NCBI GenBank assembly: GCA_045837725.1
Contig: JBEWZL010000013.1
Span: forward strand, 620,001 to 664,884
DNA from: Vermamoeba vermiformis
Taxonomy: Eukaryota
Direction of reading: 5' to 3'
DNA length: 44,884 nucleotides
In this document: piece by piece, positions 12,144 to 24,751 of the stretch
Layout: the number at the start of each line of letters is the position of its first letter
How positions within the stretch are numbered: the stretch's first letter is position 1
Notes under the pieces: model-generated
Database searches by the model: none
What the model was told of the DNA's origin: nothing
The model's input: the letters and a program-made list of their open reading frames with translations, nothing else
Program-made: the position numbers and the translations under genes

Positions 12144-12571
12144 TTAAGATTGCTTGTTCGCTTGAAATCGTCGAATTTCCTCGTCAAACTGTACAACAAT
12201 CAGCATACTAGAGTAATATGATAAAAGAGTTAACAACTTACGCTTCCTTTGAGGCAGTCTTTGTATTTTTCGATTTCATCGGCGCACCTATCCTTGCGTT
12301 CATCGTGCGATAACCTTGACAGTCCGTTCGTTTGACATAACAACGATTTCTTGCGCAACTCTTCGCACAAATCACTTCTTAACTTCGTTAGATTGGGTTG
12401 TGACTGCGAAGGGCGTTTAGTGAATGACAAAATTTACAGAATAATTTTTGAAATTATACCAAATTAAAATTCTATTAATATTGGCTTTGTATAATATTAA
12501 TATTTAAAAGGCGCATTAATTCAATTTTTTAAAATTCATTGAAGGATCCAATCCAAAGATCAACTTACCAT
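12144..12571 (-). CDS. Small twin-CX9C (CHCH) mitochondrial intermembrane-space protein, COX23/CHCHD7-like
   Basis: Three coding exons, the first being only ATG. CEELRKKSLLC and CADEIEKYKDC are both CX9C. Confidence 0.7.
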
Positions 12572-12759
12572 TCTCTACTACGTCCAAAACTCGCGTAATC
12601 AAGGTCGTTAATTAATAGAAAGAGTATTCGATTACTCTATTTATTATATTTTATGTTCGCAGTTGATGACGGAGTTATAAAAATTGATATTCCGAAGGAA
12701 AATTGCTTTTTTGATTCGATCACGTGACGACAAATGCTCACGAAGGAGTAATCAATCTT

Positions 12760-15540
12760 TTAGACATTCTTGACCCAATCGTCGAAAGCAATAGGGCCCA
12801 AGAAGTGGTTGGGAATGCCGAACGAATCCACCAAGGAGATCGCGTGAGGCAACAACTCTCCGCACAGCTCGTTGATCTTGAGTTGGATTGCTTTAACGAT
12901 TTCGACGGTGAAGTATCCGTTGACCATGAACCAGGCTGCGTTCTGATCCATTCGCCAAAGCGAGTACAAAGTCGCCAACTTGTTCATGACTTCGCGCAAA
13001 GTAGCGTCTTGGTGCAGTTGGTGTGAAGCACAAAACTCTTCAAATCTAAAAACAATTGTCACTTCATGTACAAGGTGTTGTCTAAGACTAATTCGCGGCA
13101 TAAAGTTATGCCGAAAAGCTAAAGGCTTGTAGTGCTAGGGTCGGCAACATACCTGGTCACGAGTTCAAAATCGACCGTTGATTCAGTGAGCGTGAAGATC
13201 TTGTCGATAGATTGGTTCCAAGCGTCGAACTTGTCGATACCCTGTGAGATCTTTCCGTTCATTGTGCTCACAAACAAATCCAAGGCTCTTCGTTTCATGA
13301 AGTTGAACGCTTCACGTCGGAAAGCAAACTAAGTCCGAAAATCAGCTCCTTTCTCTAGAAATAAGAATAATACTTACTGAAGTTAAATCGACGTTGTTTT
13401 GAGGAGGTTTAATGTCGTCAGTCACAGCAACAGACGTGTCCTTCATGTACATCATCAATAAAATCTTCGCAGGCTCTTGAGTCAACACTGCCCAAAACGG
13501 TTAGGAAATGTGCCGTATATCTTACTAAGACATGCCTGTGTTATCTCCTTCAAAGGTCAAATAGGCTTCAACTTCTTGTCTCATGCGGGCAATACGGTTC
13601 GATTGCAAGTAACCAAAACCACCACAAGCCTCACGACAGGCCTAATACAGATACGTTAGTACAATTATTAACTATCGCGCACTCATTAAGGTACCTGAAT
13701 GGTTTGCACGCCGTGCCAAGTAGCACGAGCTTTGATGCCCGAAGCAAGAGCGTTCTCCCAGCGGGTCATTTCGTCGTTCTTGGCGACTTTCCTAATTAGA
13801 AACAGTATTAGCTGTCGGTTGTAATATAATAGTATCACTACGTACATTTGAATCTGTTGCAATGTAGCGATCCACATGTAAACACCAGCCAACATCGGGA
13901 ACAAACGGCGCTGTGAGACGTCAGCTTTCACGAGACACAATTAATAGTTACGTGAGCGTTACCTGATGTGACAAGTAAGAGATGATAGGTACTTCGTCTT
14001 CGTTGTTCTCAGTGGGGCCAAACTGGCGTCTGAAATGACCGAACTTGATGGCAGTGGTCAATGCAACCTTGCTCATGGCAATCGCACCAGCAGCGATACC
14101 AATACGACCAGTGCTGAACACACCAATAGTCGCCAAGAATCTGATGCCAGGGTGCTTCAGAGAGCTGCTGTAAGTGCCATCTTGTGCCACATCACCGAAT
14201 TTGTTCAACAGATTGGCACGAGGTACGCGCACATTGGTAAACGTAATGCGAGGATTGTCGAGTCCGTTCAAACCCCTACCAACATCATAATGGTAGCAAG
14301 ACCTAAATTAAGCTGAAAAGATACATACAACTTGTTACCGAGGTCTTCGAGCTTCACGCCAGGCAGCACTTTGCCTTGTGAGTCACGAACGGGCACAATG
14401 AATGCGTGAAGGCCATGATTCTCGCCCTTCGTAATCAAGTTGGCGAAAACAACGCAGTGATTACCGCGTGCTATAAGGGACATTAGGGCAACGCTTAACT
14501 AAGTACTGAGGTCCCACTTACCCAAGATGTTACCGGGCCAAAACTTGGAAGCAGAAGGAGTCGGGCTAGTAATAATGAACTCCCCTCGAGTTGCATCGTA
14601 AGTAGCCGTAGTTTCAACTCCGCGAGCGTTCGTTCCGTGGCCTATTAAATAAAACATTTTCAGGATCGAGTACATTTTTTCATGAATTGTTTTCACTTAA
14701 TGAAGCTTATCGATATTCTAGCTATTAGTTCCGTATAATGTCCTTACCGACTTCAGTCAAGCAAAATCCACCGATCACATTGTAGTTCTCGATCTCCTTC
14801 ATGTAGTTACGGCGATGGCTATCATTTCCAAGGCGGTAGATTGAAGCACCGAACAAATTCATTTGAATTCCGAGAGCTATGACATAACATATTAGTATTA
14901 TTTACGCTTCAATCACTTTTCTTACCAAGAGCAACGCGGGGCTCGTACATTGTAAGCACATCCGAAAGCAAAGCGTAGAATTTCAATCGCTTCTCAGCGG
15001 GGCTATATTTCAGGAATGGTTAGAAGATCTATTAAGCAGGTTAAAGTATATTAAACTGGGATCGGGTTGCGAACACAAAAACGGTACACAACCCGATCCC
15101 TCGTGACTATTTAAATTTCAGTTTTAAAATGTCTCCTATATATGTAATAGTAGTGTAGTCATCAGTTTAAGGTGTTTTTGAGGCTAATATTTCACTTACC
15201 CGCCCAGATCATCGAATCCGATCAGACGTTCGGAAGCCAATCGTTTTACTTGTTGAAAATTAAGATTTCTTTCGTCTTCTTTTGTAAGATTATATTGATA
15301 CTTAAATAAAGGCTCCTTCAGAAGGTTTTTAACCTTTTCTCTCTCTTCGTAACAAAATCCATCTACTGCGTGGTTCAACTTTTTAACGTCAAAAGTGTGC
15401 TTTATAGGCAAGCTCTTATTATTGATGTCTTGACCACCACATGGGCTGCGTTCAATATTTTTTTGAGCTGATCCACCGTCGTTTTCATTCAAAATGTGAT
15501 TGGTAATCACTTTTAATCTTCGGGTGGCACTGGACTCCAT
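12760..15540 (-). CDS. Peroxisomal acyl-CoA oxidase
   Basis: [88 protein letters not shown]-terminal PTS2-like RLKVITNHI. Confidence 0.95.
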
Positions 15541-15720
15541 TTAGTAATTTGGTAATAATCACTGAGTGGTGCTCTATATTAATAACGGGTAAATAAATAA
15601 TTAAGTTGCAACTGACCAAAAATTTTTCTTTCACGAAACGACTGGGAAAGACTTTTTTTGAACACAAAAACCCATGAACTCAATTACTCACACGTTAAAC
15701 ATTTAGTAGACAACTTATGC

Positions 15721-16636
15721 ATGTTACGGTCTATAATTTCTAAAAGCTTATTGACGAGCACATCGAGTACAGCTAAGAGATCGAGTTTCTCGTTGATCCG
15801 CAAACAGATCCGAAGACACAGCACGGAAAATAAATCAAGCGATAGCGAATTATGGTTTAAAAATGGCCTAAATTTTAAATGCACGGGGTGTGGTATGTAA
15901 ACAGCAAAGCTGTGATTTTTAATCATTTTTTTGTTTTTATTTCTTAATTTCAGCTGCAGATCGAGTAAAAATAATACGAAGCGATCTTTATTAAGCACAT
16001 TTTTTTCCGTTTTGCTATTATATGATTTGGCATCGACGCCGTTTCTGACATTTACTGTAAAGGGAAGTGTTGTTCGTGGGAAGGCGATGTATGGGTCAGC
16101 GAGGACGATATCAAATCAATGCACACTTATTTAGGCATAACTAGAACGAAATTCATGCAAAAATATGTCAAATTCGATGTCAAAGAAAACAAGTTTGGAT
16201 TGAAGGCAAAGAAAGATGAGCACAAAGACATTCATCCCTCTGAAGCCGATCACTGCATATTCTTGCATAACAATAAATGTGTGGTTTATAAAGCGAAGCC
16301 CACACAAGTAAGTTAACTCTGTGACCTCATCTGTGCGAATCCACTGATCTAATTTGTTGTATTTAGTGTACAACGTATCCATTTTGGCCCGATGTAATGT
16401 ATAGCAAAGAAGTTTGGGAAGAAGAAAAAGATTTTTGTGAAGGTATTTATACTTAGCTAGCGCGGATCGAGCTCGAGTTAAACCGTTCCTAATTATTAGT
16501 AGGAATTGACCGAAAAGACGGAGAAATTGTTCCGCTTAATGAAATTGTCGATAAACTGAAGAGGCATATAGAGAACGATAAGAAGATTGAACAGCGGTCA
16601 ATTCAGATCGAACCGGATGACTTTGTTAGCAGGTAA
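15721..16636 (+). CDS. YkgJ/UPF0153-type (CxxCxxCC) zinc/iron-chelating protein with predicted mitochondrial presequence
   Basis: Four exons. WFKNGLNFKCTGCG|KCC, CIFL...C.VY.AKPTQ|CTTYPFWP, FCE|GI. Arg/Ser-rich, acid-free N-terminus. Confidence 0.85.
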
Positions 16637-16755
16637 TTAAATCGAATGCTTGTCCATTAATTTCGCGATAAATCCGCCTATTCATGCGCCACTTAATACC
16701 AACAAACAACTATTCCTTCGGGTTGAAATAATATTTAAATCTTGGGCGGTCTTTA

Positions 16756-18352
16756 TTAGAACACCAAAGCGACGAGGGCAAAAAATACAGCCACAATACC
16801 GCACTTTAAAAAGCTTGCAGATGAAACAGCTTTGCCAGGAGTAAGTGAGTCAGTAGGGGCTCGAGATGACGGTGAATTAGAACCTGTCGGCTGCTGCGAA
16901 TCACCGGGGGTTCCCATCTCACCAGATGCGTCTGCACAGGGTTAGAGAACCGCTCCTCAATAGTACTTTAAATATTATTGTGGTACTTACTGATGCAAGC
17001 GGTGTCCGAAGTTGCACAAATGACGACTCCGTAGTGACTACGATCGCTGGAATTTACATCGGGAATGCTCTTGCGACCAATCGTCAGTCCACTCGGCAGA
17101 CCCTCCACAGTGAGCGTTCTAAACTTGCCGGTGTATTTCAGGAAGCTAGCAAATACGGGGAAGAAATCTCCGGGTTGCGGGTTGAACCTACGACCAGATC
17201 CGTTAAATTTTGTTGTTTTACTAAGGTGGAAGTATAATTACTTACGGTCTCTCAGGCTCGCCGTCTTTAACATCAGCGTGATCGAAAATGACGTGCAAAT
17301 CACCGGCAATGTTGCACTCGTAGTAGTCATAAGAACCACCCGATGCAATAACGTCGTTGTACTCGTAGTTCGAATCAAAACCACCGCCGTTGTTGGCAGT
17401 AGAATTTTGCACTATTCTGATGGTCAATTTGCCGTCGAGGAAGTTGAAAGTTTTGACGAGCTATTCACTGGCACACCAATAGGCGAGTCAATGACTTCAA
17501 TGCGAATGTCACCTAAGAAATCATTCAATTAATCGATTAGGCCAGGTATGACAATTGTAGCTTGAACGTACCGTAATTTCTAATCTCCGACCAAGGGCCA
17601 GTGTCAGCGCTAATTGGGTTGCCATAGGGAGTGGGCGGGTAAGTGCCGGTGTGGGATTGGAAGGACAATAGACCATAATTGAACAAGGTTCCAAATTGGC
17701 CGGAAGAGATTTCAATTGAACCGAAGCCAATCGTAAAATTAGCGCCGGGCCAATTAACAAATGTCGCGTTAGTTTGTAGCAGAGCATAACCACTTCCATT
17801 TGATAGGAGAGCCAAGGACTTCTTAATATTTACGACGCAACCATCGCAAGTGATGTAGTTGCCACTGCCCGTGCTCAAGAACCTGACAAAAATATTAGGA
17901 CTTGAACAGCTTTAACCGGATCTGATTGTCTTACGTGGAATTGCCATTGAGAGTGATGTTAATTCTTCTATAAGTACCAGCGTTCAAAAGGCAGTCGTTT
18001 TGAATCGTTAAAGAACCCTGCTTGAAGTGGTAGGAAAAATGCTCGACAGTCAGTGAGTTAACAGTGACATCACCGTCGATGGTCAATGTAACTTCATCAG
18101 GCATACTATCGATGTAAGGAAAGACAACTATTATTCTTGATGAGTAATTGTTCGGATGAAAACCTCTAACTTTTTCAGATGAAAGTGTCATCATTTCTGC
18201 TTACCATCATCTTGAGCTCCAGGAATTCCTTCAGGAGACCAATTGGCAGCCGTTTGCCAACTTCCACCATTCGCGTTGCTGAAGGAATATAACCCAGCAA
18301 GAGATCTGGTTATAGAGAGGGCAAAAATAATGCAGATCAGAGGAGATTTCAT
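16756..18352 (-). CDS. Secreted, probably GPI-anchored beta-rich surface protein (paralog A)
   Basis: Signal peptide MKSPLICIIFALSITRSLA, GGSWQTAANWSPEGIPGAQDD motif, five introns, S/T/P stalk, tail SSASFLKCGIVAVFFALVALVF*. Confidence 0.8.
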
Positions 18353-18986
18353 CAGCTTCATGGCTCGTTTGGTGATTCTATTCTGGTTTGGTAAACAACT
18401 GATCTTATTTTCGATTTAATACTCTTGGTTGGTCTGCTACTTGGTTCGTCCCTTGCTCCTGTCAGTTTCAATTTGACATGTGATTTGGTTCGTCCCATTG
18501 TGAACCGCATCACGCTAGCCACATTTACCATTTTCCGCGACAACAAGCAATTCCTCTTCGACCAACTACTGCGAGATACAACAACAGCAGTTAGTATGGG
18601 ACTAGCCTCATGCACCTGACAGTCATGCAGTTGAGTAACGCTTCTCCTTGTCATTATTGAGGATCTCACCGAAACGCAATGCTCAGGTAATCAAAACATC
18701 TGTAAGAATATGTCGTAAATGGCCTGTTGGATCAGGCCCAATTCTTTGACATAGATTTTGTCGCTAATTTTCGTAGTCACTGTAAACGGCGCTCAGCGCT
18801 CTTTACTGGTGCCATTACCCAATCTACTCTCACTGCAGATCAGTGGCTCGACGATAGAATCTACTTTGCACGCGGCAACTTATCGAAAAAAGTGCCATTT
18901 GTCTCCCGCCATAACCAGAACGACACACCGATTCGAGTTGAACGGGTACGTAAAAACTCAAGTTGTTTTAATTTTATATCATTTAT

Positions 18987-20445
18987 TTAGAATAGGAAGG
19001 CGACGAGGGCAAACAGGATAGCAAAGCCCATTTCGAGGGTGCTGGCCGATGAATATGAGTCTACAATTGAAGTTAGTAGGAGCCACAACGTATGTATTGC
19101 CTATTAACCAATAGTACTTACTAATGCAAGCAGAATCATCACTTGAGCAGACAACAACTCCGTAGTGATAGCGAGAAGTGGAATCATCAAACACGTTCTT
19201 TCTGCCAATGGTAAGGCCGTTGGGCAATCCTTCAACAGTGACAGATTTGAATCTTCCGCTGTATTTCACGAAGTTGGCAAATACTGGGAAGAAGTCTCCG
19301 GCCTTTGGGTTGAACCTACGCATCCGAATTAGATCCGCCAAAAATACTGCTTAGTTAAGACTTACGGTCTGTCAGCCTCACCAGGCAGGACTTGAGCTTG
19401 GTCGAAAATGACGTGCAAATCACCATCGATGTTGCACTCGTAATAGTCGTGTGCACCACCGCTTGAAAAAGCATCGTTGTACTCGTAGTTGGGATCGAAC
19501 ACGTGACGGTCAGTGTTGGCGGTCGAGTCTTGCACCATTCTCACGGTGATTTTGCCGCCCATGATGTTCCAAGTCTTAATGTCGTTGTACACTGGAACAC
19601 CAACGGGTGAGTCGCTGACTTGAATCTGAATATCACCTAATAACACTATTAGTATGAAGCCCTATAAAGTTTGCTAAGCTTGTACGAACCATAGTTTTGC
19701 AGCTCTGACCAAGCACCAGTTTCAGCAACAGGAGGATCTCCATAAGGAGTGTGAGGATACGTAACCAATACTGTGCGGAACGTCAAGGTGCCGTAGTTAA
19801 TAATAGTGCCATATTGGACCTGAGATGTGCCGATTGAACCGTAGACGATCGTGAAGTTTGCGCCAGCCCAGTTAACAAATGTCGCGCTGTTTTTGATGTA
19901 AGCGTAACCGCTAGTCTTTGACAGCAAGACCAATGACTTCTTCATATTCACAACGCAGCTATCGCACGTAACGTAGTTACCGCTGCCAGTGCTCTCAAAT
20001 CTGATCGATCCGTTAGATCTACTTCTTCGCCGTTAAGATATGACTTACATAGCATCGCCATTAAGAGTCATGTTAATCTTGTAGTAGACGCCAGCGTTCA
20101 AAAGGCAGTCGTTTTGAACTGTCAAAGAACCATCCTTGAAAAGGTACGCGTAGTGCTCCACTTTGAACGAATTAACGGTAACGTCGCCATCGAGCGTCAA
20201 TGTAACTTCATCGGGCATATTATCGATGTAAGGAATGACAACTAATTATTCTTGATGAGTATTTTGTTCAGATGAAAGTGTCATCATTTCTGCTTACCAT
20301 CATCTTGAGCTCCAGGAACTCCTGCAGGAGACCAATTGGCAGCCGTTTGCCAACTACCACCATTCGCGTTGCTGAAGGTATATTGAACGGCGAGAGAGCT
20401 CGTCAGACAAAGAGCAAAAATAATACTGATTAGATTTGACTTCAT
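18987..20445 (-). CDS. Secreted, probably GPI-anchored beta-rich surface protein (paralog B)
   Basis: MKSNLISIIFALCLTSSLA, GGSWQTAANWSPAGVPGAQDD, the same five intron positions as paralog A, tail SSASTLEMGFAILFALVAFLF*. Confidence 0.8.
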
Positions 20446-20836
20446 TAATTAAGTTGCGGTGCTTCCTTTACTGCTTGCAAAATGCTATGAATTTATGCAG
20501 ATCAATCTGTTATTTATATCTTCGTTTTTCGATTTGTTTCGTCGGTGTCTCATCTGGCGTGACGTCCTGTCTCATTCCACAAAAATTTGTTTCGTCCAAG
20601 TCTTGCCCTAATTTTATTGTGCATTAACGGAAACATTGTATGTAACGTGCATTGTTCAAAATTTAAATAAATGTGGAATCAAACAAAATCAGCGGATAAA
20701 ATGCTGCCGTAGAAGTGAGCGAATTCTCGGCCCCTCAAGTCTGAAAATCTAAACAATGAGAGATTAGTATTTCCTGCAACGGCCCGCAAAAATTATTGTT
20801 ACTCCAACTTTGTATCATTCGCAACAAATACCCAAA

Positions 20837-21391
20837 ATGAAACTCAAAGCCTTTCCCCCTGCAGCATCCAGCGTCTCACAGAAGGACAGACACCACGAAC
20901 TCTTCTTCCTTATGATCTGTTTTTCAGCAGTGCTAGCTTTTGGTAGGAATCCTTCGAGCTTTTCTTGATTACAGCATTTTAACTTGATTTCTCAGCGCAT
21001 GTCTCGATTGTTTCCGACCTTAATTCCCAAAATCAGGCCTTATCAAACTGCTCGGTAAGTAATCAGCAATAATTAATCTCGCTGTTATGCACTTGATCAT
21101 GTTTTATTTCGCTTGTACGGATGGGTTTTGATATTTTCCCTTTATCAGACCGGATGTCAAAATGTTGATAATTCCTACGGCTTACCATCTTCACGCGACT
21201 ATAACAGCACGCAATCCAATTCTTATGATAAAAATACGGAGGACAAGCAACTCCCCAACCTGCAACACGGATCTGCGTTGACAATGTGGATCGCGCACAA
21301 TTTCGGAGCAGTTTACACTTCCGTTGCCGCATTAGTAATTGTTTTTGGTTGCACATGCTCAATGACTCCTTCAATACGTCGATCAAGCTAA
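20837..21391 (+). CDS. Small hypothetical membrane protein
   Basis: Three exons join in frame through GT-AG introns (about 20943-20995 and 21055-21148). Hydrophobic segments lie near both termini. Confidence 0.5.
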
Positions 21392-21596
21392 GTTTGGATC
21401 TAGCTCGATCTATTATTTATTTATTTTCCTCCTTGTAAATAAACCACTTTGTTAAGATAGTAATAATGACTCGTATATAATATTAAATAGTTTATGTACA
21501 AGAAAACTTATTGTTGAAATATCACAAAGTAGATCCGTTGAAAAATTCGCCAGATAAATAATCAAAAATAAATAATTTGCAATACTCGCTTTTCTC

Positions 21597-24310
21597 TTAG
21601 TCATAAGCTGACAAGTAAGAACCAGATCCAGGGCCAGCTGCAAGTTTGCTCAAAGATGAAGGTTCGCGCATGCTCGGTGTATCAAACTCGTCATCAAACT
21701 CGTCCAAAATGTTATCCAACGCCTTCAACTCATCAGTCATGTTAACCTCGTCGAGTGCAGGACCATCGGGCTCAAAATTGACAATATCCTCGACGTCAAA
21801 TCCTTCCATGTTCTCTAACTCCTTGATGTCCGCATCCAACGCGTGCTCGTCGATTTCGCTAACGTCTTGAGTCGTCAAACCACCAGTCGTGTACTCGTCC
21901 CAAGCAAGCTTCATTTGCGATAACTTGGTCTTGATTTGTCTGAGTTGTTGTTGTGACGGAGCTCGTCTTGCGACCAACATTTTCTTCGAGATCTCACGTA
22001 CGAGGACCGCACGTGGCGAGTTACCACGTGGTGTATTGCCCTGGGCAGGAGTTTGTGTAGCAGGTGTCAGGCTGGGCGAAATAGCCAACTTTGGAGTGTC
22101 AGGGACCTTCGGTGTATCAGGCATTTTGGGTGTGTCAGGAACCTTCGGTGTCTCGGGAGCTTCGTTTGTTCTGGGCAATTCCTTGATGCTGTTAGTGGCC
22201 GCTTTGCCGCTGCTCGACGGGCCCTTTTCCTCGCTGGTGCTGTCGCGAGCAGTGCGTGGTGTCACGTGCTGCGAAGTTGAGGTCTCCGTGCGGTCAGTCG
22301 CACTGCCTTCTCTTGCAGTGCTTGCAGGGGAACTCTTGATCATCGTCGAGTCTGAAACAATTGTTAGCCTTATGAACTGTATTAAATCAATGTATTACTG
22401 TTACCTTCGCGTTTCGACTTTGTTTTCTTTCGCATTGACAAAGACAAGCGAAGTCTTCGGGGGCTCTTAGGCTCTTTGTTCTCTTGGTCCTTCTCTTGCT
22501 TCTCGCGCTCCTTTTCCTTCTCTTTTTCTTGCTTTTCGTGCTCCTTCTCTTGTTTTTTGAGCTCTTTCTCTTTTTCCTTCTCTTGCTTTTCACGTTCTTT
22601 TTCTTGCTTCTCGCGCTCTTTCTTCTCTTTGCGCGGACTTGGCGCGTCCCAGTCAATAGCATCACCAGTATCAGGTGTGGCCATAGTGTGCCTCTTGTCT
22701 TCTTTGCTGTTTGGAACGAAAGCTGAGGTCAATCGCTTCCACGAGTCCTTAATTGAGAACTTCTTTTTCTTGTCGCCTTCTTCGCGAGGTGTTTTGCCTG
22801 GTGAACGCGCGGTTAGTTTCATTACCTAGTGTACTCGAATATTATGTACTTACTCTTCTTGTCCTTCTTTTCTTTATCTTTTTCTTTTTCCTTTTCTTTT
22901 TTCTCTTCGTCTTCTGGTTTCTTTTCCTTCTTTAACGGCAAAACAAGCGACAAAGTAGTGCGTCGAGAGTGGCCTCGTTTTACTTTCTTTTCGTCCTTAG
23001 TCTCTTCACCATCTGCAGCTGCTTCAATTTCGTTATCGTCGATCTTTGACTTGTTCTTCTTGGACGAGACTGAGTAGCTCTTCTTTTTCTTGAAATCGGG
23101 AGTAGTGTTCGAGTGTTTCATGGCACCATCAGTCTTCGCGGTAGGTGTCGTGGGCACTGATTGACCACCAGCACTTCGTTCAGTGTTTTGATTGGAGCTC
23201 GTGGCACTCTCACTGCTCTCTTGGCGAGCGTGACCACTCAAGTTAAGTTTGGGAGGCGAGGCGACTTGCGCAGAGGTCGGTGTAGTAGACATTCTGCGAC
23301 GCACCGCCTTGTAAGCACCGTCTACTTGATCGATGTTCTTAATGAAGATATGTAAGACACGTTGTGCTTCTTCGGTTTGATCGGGAGCAGATGCAGCACC
23401 ATTGATAGCTGCCGTTATTTTTTCAACGCCGGTCTTCAACAGATCCACCTCTATAATAATGTACTTAGTCCCATATCGAGATTAAGATCGTCAAAAAAAC
23501 GTAATCATGGAGAATTGATTTGTGTTTTTGAAGCGTCAAAGTGAACCGTGACGAACAAAGATTCGATAATTGCACTGCAAAGAAAAACCACTTTGTTCGT
23601 ATCACTATACACTACTCGTAATTATGATGCCACTATTTAGGTCCATCAGGTTTTATAAAATTTTGATTTTTTAAAGCTGCCAATTCGCTTCGTGATCCAA
23701 AACCGAAGAAAATCGACTAAAACGCATATAACGAGGTCGAACTATCATTTGAATACTACTTACCGGCCTTGTCTGTGAGCTTATTATCGTGGTGGTATTT
23801 GATCAGATCGTTGACTTTTGTGGTAAATCCGGTGATAACTTGCTGAATTTCTTCATCGGCGGGCTTGTTTTCCGTATTAAATGATTCTATTAACTTAGCG
23901 AGCTTGTTCGTCTCCATAGTGATCTCGTCACACAATCTCGATCCTTCAGCGAGTGTTTTTCGAGTATCGATGCCACTCAGCTCGTGCTCCAAGTTGACTA
24001 AGCTCTCTAGAAGGTCTCTATCCAAATTAGCACCAATAGCATCGTTACTGGGTCGTTTGGCGGACGCATCAGGCTTTTCCGTGAGTGTCACGTTTGCGTC
24101 TGTAAAAAATCAATTTGCATTAGAAAATACTAACAATAATAAGCTTAATACGAATATTGGAAAAGTAGTTAAACAAAATCTTTTTGGATGTGGAATAAAC
24201 TCGGAAGTTTAAAAACGTTGGATCATCAAAAAAATCGTTACTCATACATATTTATGGCTATTTATTTGCTTACCATGATTTTCTACTATGATTTCTGGAT
24301 TATCGCCCAT
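21597..24310 (-). CDS. Hypothetical protein: N-terminal helical bundle, Lys/Glu-rich repeats, TPK/TPR Ser-Thr-rich disordered region, acidic C-terminus
   Basis: Five exons link ORFs 23756-24091, 22822-23448, 22382-22822 and 21597-22343 in frame. Contains EKQEKEKE and PDTPK(V/M) repeats. Confidence 0.7.
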
Positions 24311-24751
24311 TTCAAAACGAATGCGTTTAACTGCGACCAATAATTGTAATCGAATCAAGTACTGTGACTATATACAATCAATGGTGACAAGGCGACCTTG
24401 TGTGCACTCGTAAACGCTTGATTTAAAACTGAAACAGTCTTTTCGAAATTCGGTCGGTGCACAAAGCAGCGAAGCGCAAAGCTCACAAAGTTTGGCATCT
24501 CGAGGATATCTCGTCGTGGTTACCCACCAGATATCGTTTATTTGGATATTGACTCTTCATACCCTACCGTCTTTCCATAATTACCTAAAAATAGGAGCAG
24601 ATCAAAAAATACTCGTTAATTTTGCTGGCAAAGTTTTAGCAATCCTCTTCTAGATTATTATTCCTCGTTTATTCGAGTCAAATTAAATATATGCTATGTA
24701 CATTAGATATTAACAAAAACGGATCTCTCCGCGCTATGTATATTATGTATA

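Noticed and set aside
18400..18960. Gene between the two surface-protein paralogs
   Set aside because: Only short ORFs on both strands, with no coherent splice model or motif.
22826..22853. Ultra-short 28-nt intron
   Set aside because: It shifts the frame. The downstream acceptor near 22798, preceded by a CTAAC branch point, gives a normal ~56-nt in-frame intron.
21646..23077. Plus-strand ORFs rich in Phe/Ser/Leu
   Set aside because: They are antisense shadows of the Lys/Glu-rich minus-strand gene.
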